64,000 bases of DNA, taken from positions 16,198 through 80,197 of the forward strand of contig CASBQF010000094.1 in assembly GCA_949127775.1 (NCBI GenBank), written 5' to 3'. The position numbers and the translations under genes were made by a program. How positions within the stretch are numbered: the first letter of the stretch is position 1; each line of letters opens with the position of its first letter. Of this stretch, positions 19,617 to 28,429 are shown piece after piece. The stretch comes from Oscillatoriales cyanobacterium PMM_0080. GTDB taxonomy: Bacteria > Cyanobacteriota > Cyanobacteriia > Cyanobacteriales > Microcoleaceae. The notes under the pieces are model-generated. The model was given only the letters and a program-made list of their open reading frames with translations. It had not been told where the DNA came from and searched no databases.

Positions 19617-21545
19617 TTATTCTGTTGCTAGATTTAGCTCGTAGGCGATCGGCTCCGATGCCTGAGAAACTACTACAAATTCATAAAAACCAGCATCATC
19701 GAGCAATCCAGACCAACTAAGCCCTTCTGCGTCTTCCAACAAAGCTTTGGGTTTGTTTGTCCGCCCAGGAGAATAAATTGATAGCAGAGTAGATTTGCTC
19801 GGAGCTTGCAAATTCACGCGCAAAGTTTGATTTTGAGCGAACCGGGCAATGTAAGCTTTCCCTTCTCCGGGCTTAAGATTGCCTGTGAGGGTTTTGCTTT
19901 TGGCGCGGCGATCAAATTCAACGCTTTCGACAGTTGCTCCTGCTTCCAAAGATGTGAGGCTGTCGTCGGTAATTGCTTGCCAAATTTGCCCGATCGGCAA
20001 ACCGATGATATTGCGATCGCGCGGTTGTTGGGGAAACCAATGAAAGAACTTAGCATCAGCCAAATCGTACAAAGCGCGACTGCTCAAATTCAGCTTATTA
20101 ACCTGGGTTTTCCAACGATCGAGATCCCCAGTGTCGTAACTTCCCAACCGCGCTCTAGCGTCGCTGCTGAGGTTTTCCAGCTTGTCGAGCAACTCATCGC
20201 CGATTTTCTGCCATCTTTCGCGCCACTGGCGATCCTCGTCGCCTTCTTTTAACAGCCGCCCGCCCAATTCTGGATATTTGGCATAAAAGTTCTCGTCTAC
20301 AAGGTTGACGTAACCGCTATAGAATCGATCGTCAATTTTGAGCTTTGAAAAGCGATCGCGCAAAGCATCTTCTTGCTGCTGTTTCGGCCCAGAGCTCTGC
20401 GGAATAGGCGCAATAGTTTGTATTTTTGATTGCAAATTTAACAAATAATTGCCCGCAAACCAGCCAACTCCCCCCATACTTGAGAGCACCGTCACCACAA
20501 ACAAAACCATTTTCCAAGCAGGCATCTTTTGCTGATTGGCAATAGCAACAACTCGCACCGGAATTCCCGGCAGTTTCGGCACGGGTTCGGGTACAGGTAT
20601 CGGTACAGGTATCGGCGAGTGTTCCGGCGGCGGCTGCGTGGGCGCAAAATAGGCTGGCTGCGACTGTGGCGGCATCGGCGGATTGCCGGAGAGAGCGACC
20701 AAAACCTCGCGAGCCGAGGAGTAACGCTGGCTGGGACTGTGAGCGAGCATTTTATCCAGCACCAGGGCCATATTTGGAGACAGAGAACATTGCGATCGCC
20801 AGTTCCAATTCAGCGTCTGGCTATCGAGCAACTGATGCGGTTCCTTCCCCGTCAGCAACACCAAAACCGTCGCCGCCAGAGCGTACAAATCGCTGTGCGG
20901 ATAGACGATTCCCATTTGCATCTGTTCGGCGGGAGCATAACCGAGCTTGCCGATGCGAGTCGCGGGGGCGGGAGTGCTGTTACCCTCAGCAAACAGAGAC
21001 TCTACGGTGGCTGCGACTTCTTTGACTCCGCCAAAGTCAATCAGCACCGGCATCCCGTCAGACAAGCGTAGAATCAGGTTGTCCGGGGAGATGTCGCGGT
21101 GAAGCACTCCCAAGGAGTGGATGTATTCGAGCACTGGTAAAATCTGGATCAGCAGTTGATTGATTTCGGCTTCTATGAACCGCAAACCCTGACGTTTTCG
21201 GGCATCCAGCAAAAAGCGGTAGGTTTGGCCAGGCACGTAGTCTTGGACAAGAAATAGGTAGCCTCGATCGATAATACTGACTCGAAACAGTTCGCGGAAG
21301 CGCGGGATTTGATTGTGTTGCAGCTTGTAGAGGACTCCGGCTTCCCTCTCGAAGAGTTCCTCGGATTTTTGCAGGGCGTAACTCCCTTGTACTTGGGGCG
21401 CAAATTCTTTTAAAACACAGGGTTCGTTAAATCTGTGGGCATCTTCAGCCAGGTAGGTGCGCCCGAAGCCGCCGTGTCCCAATTCGCGCACGATGCGGTA
21501 GTGGTTGTTGAGAGTTATGCCGGGGTAGATAGGATTAGTCATCAC
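19617..21545 (-). CDS. Membrane Ser/Thr protein kinase (Hanks type)
   Basis: LGHGGFGRTY, VLKEF, HRDISPDN, DFGG, YAPAEQ, DLYALA; Pro-rich linker, TM helix and extracytoplasmic C-terminus. Confidence 0.92.
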   Translation of the reverse strand: MMTNPIYPGITLNNHYRIVRELGHGGFGRTYLAEDAHRFNEPCVLKEFAPQVQGSYALQKSEELFEREAGVLYKLQHNQIPRFRELFRVSIIDRGYLFLVQDYVPGQTYRFLLDARKRQGLRFIEAEINQLLIQILPVLEYIHSLGVLHRDISPDNLILRLSDGMPVLIDFGGVKEVAATVESLFAEGNSTPAPATRIGKLGYAPAEQMQMGIVYPHSDLYALAATVLVLLTGKEPHQLLDSQTLNWNWRSQCSLSPNMALVLDKMLAHSPSQRYSSAREVLVALSGNPPMPPQSQPAYFAPTQPPPEHSPIPVPIPVPEPVPKLPGIPVRVVAIANQQKMPAWKMVLFVVTVLSSMGGVGWFAGNYLLNLQSKIQTIAPIPQSSGPKQQQEDALRDRFSKLKIDDRFYSGYVNLVDENFYAKYPELGGRLLKEGDEDRQWRERWQKIGDELLDKLENLSSDARARLGSYDTGDLDRWKTQVNKLNLSSRALYDLADAKFFHWFPQQPRDRNIIGLPIGQIWQAITDDSLTSLEAGATVESVEFDRRAKSKTLTGNLKPGEGKAYIARFAQNQTLRVNLQAPSKSTLLSIYSPGRTNKPKALLEDAEGLSWSGLLDDAGFYEFVVVSQASEPIAYELNLATE

Positions 21546-21721
21546 TTATAGGTAGATTCTGTAGACTGTCGCGACTCCTGTTTGCTCGGACTATAAGAAA
21601 TATTATCCTTAATTGGTATTGAAATTCGATCGATAAGTAGTTTTGCTCGATCGGCTATGAGTTCTGAAAAGGATTATGTTATTATATATTTAGGATAACA
21701 GTTGATAATTCAACTTAAAAT

Positions 21722-22138
21722 ATGCCAGCAAAAGACATCTACCACAATAATGTCAGAACAGCCCTAGAAAAAGATGGCTGGACGATAACCAAAGATCCCC
21801 TACCCTTAAAAATTGGCAAACGTACTCTTAGCGTCGATTTGGGTGCAGAAAAACTCTTTGCTGCCGAAAAGCAAGGTCGTAAAATTGCTGTAGAAGTAAA
21901 AAGTTTTGTGAGTCCTTCACCAGTTCATGACTTAGAAGAAGCTGTTGGACAGTATATTATCTACGAAGATATCCTAAAGCGATCGGAACCTGAACGGATC
22001 ATATATCTGGCCATCCGTGCAGAAGTTTATGCACAAATTTTTTCCGAACCTATCGGACAGGTTTTGTTAGAAAACAAACGATTTAAATTAATAATTTTTG
22101 AAGTATTAAAGGAGACAATTGTCAGATGGATAGACTAG
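21722..22138 (+). CDS. xisH: XisH family protein
   Basis: MPAKDIYH...ALEKDGWTIT.DP...VDLGAE...IAVEVKSF...AVGQY signature. Confidence 0.9.
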   Translation: MPAKDIYHNNVRTALEKDGWTITKDPLPLKIGKRTLSVDLGAEKLFAAEKQGRKIAVEVKSFVSPSPVHDLEEAVGQYIIYEDILKRSEPERIIYLAIRAEVYAQIFSEPIGQVLLENKRFKLIIFEVLKETIVRWID

Positions 22139-22461
22139 ATGAATATCGCCAATTTATTCACGATATCTTAGATAGTTACGCCCAGATTTCTTACGGATAC
22201 GGAGAAATCAAAAGTAGCGTTATTGTCGATCGCGAACAAAACAATTTTTTACTGATGCACGAAGGCTGGCAAGGGCCTCAAAGAATTCACGATTGTATCG
22301 TTCATGTAGAAATTATTGACGGCAAAATCTGGATTCAACAAGACGGTATAGAAACGGGAATTACCGCAGAACTTGTAGAATTAGGAGTGCCTAAAGATAT
22401 GATAGTTTTAGGGTTTCATCCGTATCACGTTCGGCAACATACGGGATATGCGATCGCCTAA
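22126..22461 (+). CDS. xisI: XisI family protein
   Basis: MDRLDEYR...GW....IH.CIVH...DGKIWIQ.DGIE.GI..EL...GVPK..IVLGFH; overlaps xisH by 13 nt. Confidence 0.9.
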   Translation: MDRLDEYRQFIHDILDSYAQISYGYGEIKSSVIVDREQNNFLLMHEGWQGPQRIHDCIVHVEIIDGKIWIQQDGIETGITAELVELGVPKDMIVLGFHPYHVRQHTGYAIA

Positions 22462-22704
22462 ACTAGCTTAAGATACAGGAAAACTGGAAAGAAGGGCGAT
22501 CGCACATTTTGTCTAAAAGCGCGATCGAACACCAAACAATTAGTTTTAACTCTTAACAATTACCAGAAAGAATTGGTTTAAACCCTCTCCCTTTGAGGGA
22601 AAAATTAAAAGAAGACTATTCATTGCTTCAATCCTCTTCATTCTAGGTAGAGGTAGTTTTCAACTGTCAACTGTCAACTGTCAACTGTCAACTGAATGAA
22701 CGCT

Positions 22705-23817
22705 TTATTTGCCGTCAGCATCTCTAAGAGCAGCCAGAATTTCTGGTCGTTTCATTCGGGCGTAGTTGCGCACTTTCCGCTCTTTGCCGATCGCCTTTAA
22801 GCGTCTCAACGAACAACTATCGTAATCTTCGTCTTCCTCTTGGGGCGGAAACGGCAACTCTAACTGCAACTGCGGTAGCTGAGGTTTCGACTGCGCCTTC
22901 GACTGCTTCTGACGCTGGGTTTTCGGCTGCTTTTTCATCTCAGGCTGGATTTCTGAGTGCATCGCAGCGGCTCCCAGTTGGCTGCGGAGCGTGGCGATTT
23001 GATTTTTTAGGTCATTTTCAACATCTGCGATCGAGTCAGCCACAAACTGATTAATTATTTGGACTGTGCGCTCTAATTTTATTGACAGCACTTGTTCCAG
23101 TTCATCCAACTGTCTCAACGCACCTTCAAGATTTATCTCAGAAATCACCGCAGATTTCGGAGAACTCTCGCTGCCAGATTGTTCAATTTTTTTAGCCAAT
23201 TTATCTACCTTTTCGTGAAATGTTTTTTCAATTTGTTCGATTAGATGCTTAATCTGTTCTATTTGATCGCGATTCCCTACGGGATAGCTTCGCTTCACGA
23301 AATTATGCTCAGTTAGAGCTTTTACTTGCTTTTTCAGCAGGTCTTCATTTTTTTTAACAGATTGTTCTATTTGTTTTGTGAGACTCTCTACCTTTTTTTG
23401 AAATGATAGCTCAAATTGTTGCAGTAGATTTTCAATTTGCGCAGTTTTTTGAGTCTGTTGTGGAGCTAAAAGTGCCATTTCTGCTTGAGCAGCAGCTACT
23501 TCCTCGTCGGTCATTTCAAAAACCCATGCCCACATTTGCTCAATGCCGAGTTCTTTGGCAACAATACACCAATCTGAGCCACAGACAACTTCATATTCTT
23601 CTTCGTTGCTGTAAGCTTCAGTCCCGCGTACAATTAAAGGAATTAAATTGCTGCCTTGCTCGATGAGACTTCTCCTGAGAGCTTCGCGACGCTCGCGGGG
23701 AATTTCCCCCCGCTGATCCTCTGGTACGGCAATTTGCGAAGTGTAAATTTGGCTGTGACTAATTGGCTTAATCCGCAAATATTCAACTATTCGGTTTTGA
23801 TCTTGCGATCGCTCCAT
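22705..23817 (-). CDS. ParB/Srx-like N-terminal domain + coiled coil + C-terminal Rho-N-like helix-extension-helix domain
   Basis: SLIEQGSNLIPLIVR...YEVVCG...AKELGI resembles ParB-N; tail YDSCSLRRLKAIGKERKVRNYARMKRPEILAAL resembles Rho_N. Confidence 0.65.
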   Translation of the reverse strand: MERSQDQNRIVEYLRIKPISHSQIYTSQIAVPEDQRGEIPRERREALRRSLIEQGSNLIPLIVRGTEAYSNEEEYEVVCGSDWCIVAKELGIEQMWAWVFEMTDEEVAAAQAEMALLAPQQTQKTAQIENLLQQFELSFQKKVESLTKQIEQSVKKNEDLLKKQVKALTEHNFVKRSYPVGNRDQIEQIKHLIEQIEKTFHEKVDKLAKKIEQSGSESSPKSAVISEINLEGALRQLDELEQVLSIKLERTVQIINQFVADSIADVENDLKNQIATLRSQLGAAAMHSEIQPEMKKQPKTQRQKQSKAQSKPQLPQLQLELPFPPQEEDEDYDSCSLRRLKAIGKERKVRNYARMKRPEILAALRDADGK

Positions 23818-23982
23818 CTTGTTACAAGTCCTCTTTTGTCATGAAAATTAGGTATTTTAGGTATTTATAGCCGAAGGAAGAAGGAAGAAAGAAAATATCA
23901 TCCCTCGAAATGGTTTCAGCAATTCATCCAGCAACAATGTACCATCTACGCGGCTTGCTGTGGGAGGACATCCCAGGCGATC

Positions 23983-24003
23983 CTCTTCGAGGGCTTCGCT
24001 AAC
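23983..24003. mobile_element. 21-nt small dispersed repeat inserted in a HIP1-like site
   Basis: ctcttcgagggcttcgctaac; removal restores GCGATCGA; identical copy at 32808-32828. Confidence 0.7.
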
Positions 24004-24111
24004 GACAAAAGTTACTGCAATTCCCAAAAAAAGCCACTCTGATGAGTTTAACTGGCTATGGGACAACAAGTATACATTTTTTTTACCGATCTTTACTTTT
24101 GTTAAAAATTA

Positions 24112-24178
24112 GGATACGACATTGCCGTGTTCCTACAATATTATTTTGGGGTAGGGAGACGGCACTGCCGTGTCCTAC
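24112..24178. repeat. REPIN-like doublet, GTAGGGA(G/C/A)ACGGCACTGCCGT family
   Basis: Inverted pair of REP units; family also at 32454-32518, 38111-38202, 48172-48196, 48326-48390 and 63233-63258. Confidence 0.75.
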
Positions 24179-24203
24179 CTATCTCGTGCAGCCGGAATTG
24201 ATA

Positions 24204-25097
24204 TTATGAGTATTTTTGCCACTTGTCAATCATTTTAATCATAGTTTTGTCGGTTAACCCATCAATACGTTTGACCGCAGTTGTAAATGACACAAACGGC
24301 TGCACATCCCGTTCTTTGAGGATTCTTTTGATTACTGGAGACTTCAAGCCAGCATCTTGAAAATTCGCCAACATTTTAGATTCATCTAGGGTATTGAGTG
24401 CTTCCAAGACCGACATTGGTTGGGAAGTTAGGCTTTCAACTTCTGGTATCGCCTTTACCACCACCTGTTTTTCGGGTAGCAACTCTGGTTTAAACTGATT
24501 AATTCTGTTGGCTAACCCAGCTTCAACTAACAGAGATACTTGTTCTAAAATGCGGTTTTCAACATCTTGTATACTCTGTGCTAACACCTTTTTTTCACGG
24601 GCATACTCAGCTTTTAATTCATTGATTTGACTTGCAAACTGGGCTTCAATATTTGTTAGCCGTTGTTCTAAACTGGATGATTCGACGAAAGAAACCGGGG
24701 TTTTGATTGAATCTGCGGGCTGTGACGAAAATACTTCGTCAAAAAATTCGGTTTCTGGACTCTCAAGTAAATTGTCAGTTTTGGCTGATTTCCTCAGCGC
24801 TTGAACTTGCTCTAGGAGAAGTTCTTCATTTTCTGGTTCAAGAATAAACGCTCCGATTGTCTCACCTTTCATAGGGTTGATTTCCCTGGCTTTCGCAGCA
24901 GCGTGGTATTCAAAGTCTCCGTCTACTATTTCGTAGGCATCCATACCGTTGCGGCGGAGAATTATGGGGTTGATCAATCCTCCTAATTCTAAAATTAGTT
25001 GTGCGACTTTTTCTAAATCGCGATCGGCAAAATTGGCACGGGGAACTGTCGATGTAATCTTTTTTACTGCTACCAATGACGGGGATAACTTTTGCAT
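24204..25097 (-). CDS. ParB/Srx-like N-terminal domain + coiled coil + C-terminal helix-hairpin-helix-like domain
   Basis: ILELGGLINPIILRR...YEIVDG..YHAA resembles ParB-N; tail ILKERDVQPFVSF...RIDGLTDKT resembles ComEA/PsbU-type HhH; ATG overlaps the upstream stop (TAATG). Confidence 0.7.
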   Translation of the reverse strand: MQKLSPSLVAVKKITSTVPRANFADRDLEKVAQLILELGGLINPIILRRNGMDAYEIVDGDFEYHAAAKAREINPMKGETIGAFILEPENEELLLEQVQALRKSAKTDNLLESPETEFFDEVFSSQPADSIKTPVSFVESSSLEQRLTNIEAQFASQINELKAEYAREKKVLAQSIQDVENRILEQVSLLVEAGLANRINQFKPELLPEKQVVVKAIPEVESLTSQPMSVLEALNTLDESKMLANFQDAGLKSPVIKRILKERDVQPFVSFTTAVKRIDGLTDKTMIKMIDKWQKYS

Positions 25098-26611
25098 TAT
25101 TTACTACCTATTTTTTCCAATACTTCCATCGCTAAGACTTCAAATTCTTGGGCTGCGAGTGAATCTGGCTTAAAATCGAGCACCGAAATCGGATCGGCTA
25201 TTTCCATATCTCCCACCATCTGAGTTTGTTCTGCACACTTAGCAAAATCATCTCTTTCATAAATGACACTTTCCATGATTTCAATCCCGTAGCGTTGGGG
25301 AATTATCGCCCTCCGTTTTGGCAAACTATACTGCACAAATTTACCATTAGTTGAGATTTTACAAGCAAGTACACCTAAAACCTGTAGAGGATTTTTGCCA
25401 ATTTGTTTTTTGAATCCATTAACTTTTTTGATAAAATCTTTAACATTAATCAATCCTTGATTAGCAAAAGGTTTTAAGTCAGAAGGAATAATTAAATAAT
25501 CGGATGCAATCAGGGCAACTCTGGCATAAAAATTCAAAGATGGCGGCGTATCAATCAGTACAATATCGTATTGATCTTGTACTTCTGCTAATTTCTGAAT
25601 CAGAATCATTCTACTGTAATCCAGTGAATTGAGTTCGGTTTCATATTGCATTAAATCAATATGAGAAGGAATCACATCTATGGCTGGAGTGCAAAAATTA
25701 GATTTTCTTGCGACTTCAGCTATTGTGTAGAAATCTTCTGACTGCAAAATGTGCAAAATATTGCTTTGTTTTAAGTCATCTTGTTCTTCGTCATCAAATT
25801 TGACTAAGCCTGTGGCAAATGTTGTATTGGCTTGGCTGTCTAAGTCTATCACCAAGACTCTTTTACCTTGCTTGCTGAGGGCTGCGGCTAAATTGACTAC
25901 TGTTGTAGTTTTGCCGACTCCGCCTTTATTGTGGTAGACTGCAATGATTTTCATGATATTTTGAGTTGGGGTTTGAAAAATTATATCTAATTTAATTTCT
26001 GGTTTAATTTCTGTATTAATTGGCACTGTTTCCAGTGTATTTTCCAGTTCTGAGATTTGATTATGATTGGGTTCTGCGGTGGCGGAATTATATTGCGGTA
26101 GTGGTGATTCGCTAGTTAACTCAGGAGTAATTAAGTCAGTTTTACTATTTTCTAATTCGAGATTATCTGGGTTTTTGACAAGTTTTAAACTGTCTCTGCC
26201 AACTAAGGCGTAAATTTCATCAATTTTAGTTTCAATGTCTTGTCCAGCACATTTAAAGACTAGCTGAATATCATCGGCGATTCTTTCGTAAATTCTAATT
26301 TCTTTAGCATTGGTGATCAGTCCGTAGCGAATGCTTAAACTGGTCAAGTAACGCTTCAGTTTTCTGATGTGACGATCTAAATTTTCCTTGGGATGTTTCG
26401 CCTCAATTACTACACTCATCGGCGAGTCTGCATCGATGACTATGGGGAGAACTTGGGTTGCGAAGGATAGGAAGTCTAGGCGGATATTTCCAAATGCTAT
26501 TTCTTGATGCCAATTGTCGGGTGTATAGCCTAACTTGGGCAGTAGGTAGCTGACAATTAGTTTGGTTTCTACTTCGCTTTCGTTGCGGCAGTTATTGGGA
26601 TTGAAAGTCAT
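25097..26611 (-). CDS. Fusion of HsdR-N-like PD-(D/E)xK nuclease domain and ParA/Soj ATPase
   Basis: N-terminal NESEVE..LI..LL..LGY, RLDF, VIEAK, YGLITNAKEIRIY; low-complexity linker; ParA HNKGGVGKTT, VIDLDSQAN, IDTPPS. Confidence 0.8.
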   Translation of the reverse strand: MTFNPNNCRNESEVETKLIVSYLLPKLGYTPDNWHQEIAFGNIRLDFLSFATQVLPIVIDADSPMSVVIEAKHPKENLDRHIRKLKRYLTSLSIRYGLITNAKEIRIYERIADDIQLVFKCAGQDIETKIDEIYALVGRDSLKLVKNPDNLELENSKTDLITPELTSESPLPQYNSATAEPNHNQISELENTLETVPINTEIKPEIKLDIIFQTPTQNIMKIIAVYHNKGGVGKTTTVVNLAAALSKQGKRVLVIDLDSQANTTFATGLVKFDDEEQDDLKQSNILHILQSEDFYTIAEVARKSNFCTPAIDVIPSHIDLMQYETELNSLDYSRMILIQKLAEVQDQYDIVLIDTPPSLNFYARVALIASDYLIIPSDLKPFANQGLINVKDFIKKVNGFKKQIGKNPLQVLGVLACKISTNGKFVQYSLPKRRAIIPQRYGIEIMESVIYERDDFAKCAEQTQMVGDMEIADPISVLDFKPDSLAAQEFEVLAMEVLEKIGSK

Positions 26612-26742
26612 GTTTGATTTGTCTAACATTTCTTGGTAGGGTGCGCACTGCGCACCTTACGAAAGCCTAACATTACGAATTGGTCATTGGTTATTGGGCA
26701 TTTGTAGCAAATAACCAATAACCAATAACCAACAACCAATAA

Positions 26743-27795
26743 CTATTTGGTTTGAGCTTCAAAAGCTTCTAATGTCTGATAACCGCCGGCGGGATCGTAC
26801 AGGTGACAGTTGTCGGCAATTCGCTCCATCAAAGCCCAAGAAAACTCGGTTTCATAGAGGTGTGATTGCCAATTTTCTTTCAAGCTACTGTGGGCTAGGC
26901 GCAAGTTGTACCAGGGAATAGCTGTTGAAAGGTGGTGGGGAACGTGGACGTTAATGTCGTGGCACAGGAACTCTACCCAGCGGGGATAATCGCAGTGAAC
27001 TGTTCCTGATAGTTGGGCTTGAGCTTCGTTCCATTCTGAGGCTTCTTTGAATGAAATGTCTGGTGCTGTGTGATGAACGATCGTAAATGTGCTCATCCAG
27101 AAATGGTAAACCATCCAGGGCATTAACCAAAATTTGATGAATCCCCAGATGCCGGTGGTGGCAATTAATGTGGGAAATACGATCGCAGCACCGATCAAAA
27201 CAAATAACACAGAAAAGCGGACTTGTTCTTGTTGTTGTTTGCCTTTGAAGCGCCACCACATGAAGTGGACTTTGGCCCAATGGGCGATCGAGCCAATCCA
27301 CCACATCCGACCGAATATTAAACTATAAGCTATTTGCAAAACCTTGGGAGCAGCAGCGTAATCGTCTGCTGTCATGGGTTGCCAAGCATTGTCTTCACCG
27401 ATTTTGTTGGTGTGCTTGTGGTGATAATTGTGTCCGTGTCGCCATGCGTGAAACGGGAACATCAATGGCAAAAATGCTAAATGTCCGACTAAATCGTTTA
27501 CCCAGCGGCGGTTAGCAAATGAGCGGTGTCCACAGTCGTGTCCGATCACAAAAAAACCGGTTAATCCGGTGCCTGTGAAAATCCACATTACTGGTAATAG
27601 AAACGAAGGCGATATTGCTATGCCCCAGTAACCGACGGCAACTAGCAAAACGTTGATGACGACTTTTGTCCAAGCTTTGCGGGGGTTTTTGACGAATACT
27701 TCCCGTGGGAGGGTTTTGAGAATATCTTTGAGGCGCAAGTTGGATGTGTCACTTGCCGATGTCAAATTTAGTGGTTTTTCGATCGATGCTGTCAT
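26743..27795 (-). CDS. desA: Acyl-lipid delta-12 desaturase
   Basis: His boxes GHDCGH, HNYHH, HVPHH; GFIKFWLMPW..YHFWMSTFT typical of cyanobacterial DesA. Confidence 0.88.
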   Translation of the reverse strand: MTASIEKPLNLTSASDTSNLRLKDILKTLPREVFVKNPRKAWTKVVINVLLVAVGYWGIAISPSFLLPVMWIFTGTGLTGFFVIGHDCGHRSFANRRWVNDLVGHLAFLPLMFPFHAWRHGHNYHHKHTNKIGEDNAWQPMTADDYAAAPKVLQIAYSLIFGRMWWIGSIAHWAKVHFMWWRFKGKQQQEQVRFSVLFVLIGAAIVFPTLIATTGIWGFIKFWLMPWMVYHFWMSTFTIVHHTAPDISFKEASEWNEAQAQLSGTVHCDYPRWVEFLCHDINVHVPHHLSTAIPWYNLRLAHSSLKENWQSHLYETEFSWALMERIADNCHLYDPAGGYQTLEAFEAQTK

Positions 27796-28024
27796 AAATT
27801 GATTTCGACTCTCCGTATGCCATGTGGATGGCTTAACAAGATTAGCGCTATAAAAAAGCGCAGTAAAATATCAGCTCGTGTCAGCCAGTGGCAGACGAGT
27901 TGAGCTTTAGGCAGGTGCGTTTTTGCAAATGCTAGGGCTATCCGCAGTTAGGACTTTTTGGCACTTTCGGCAAAAAGACTGCGGGTAGCAAAACCTGAGT
28001 TTCGATAAGACATGAGCAGCACAA

Positions 28025-28330
28025 TTAGTATGAGCTGCTGTTGTCGGCACAGTTGCTGTTGCTGCCAGAAATGGGGTCGAGAGGCGACAATCCAGCGATC
28101 GAGCGTTGCTGTTTGAGGGTTTGCACTTGCAGGAGCAAGGAGTCGATTTCCGCTTGCAGGTGCAGGAACTTAACTTGCTGGTCGGCTTGGTACGGACACT
28201 TAACCGAGTCTACTTTGCGGGTAAAACCGATCGATAGGGTAGAAGAACTAGCCATTTCGGTATTGCTCGCGATGATTTGAGGCCTAGAAAGAGTGGAGGA
28301 ATTATTTGACATTAGCAATTGAGTAGACAT
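28025..28330 (-). CDS. Hypothetical protein with short coiled coil
   Basis: ATG start; YQADQQVKFLHLQAEIDSLL amphipathic segment. Confidence 0.5.
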   Translation of the reverse strand: MSTQLLMSNNSSTLSRPQIIASNTEMASSSTLSIGFTRKVDSVKCPYQADQQVKFLHLQAEIDSLLLQVQTLKQQRSIAGLSPLDPISGSNSNCADNSSSY

Positions 28331-28429
28331 ATCTACACATTCACACCATTAAGTTACTTTAACCTGAACCGATCGTATTAAACATCAAATTAACCGATCG
28401 AGCTAAAATTGGTGTAAATTCCTCGGCCA

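Noticed and set aside
23857-24069. 70-aa ORF inside the ParA/ParB-like cluster
   Set aside because: No recognisable motif, non-ATG start, partly made of repeat sequence; a decayed gene cannot be excluded.
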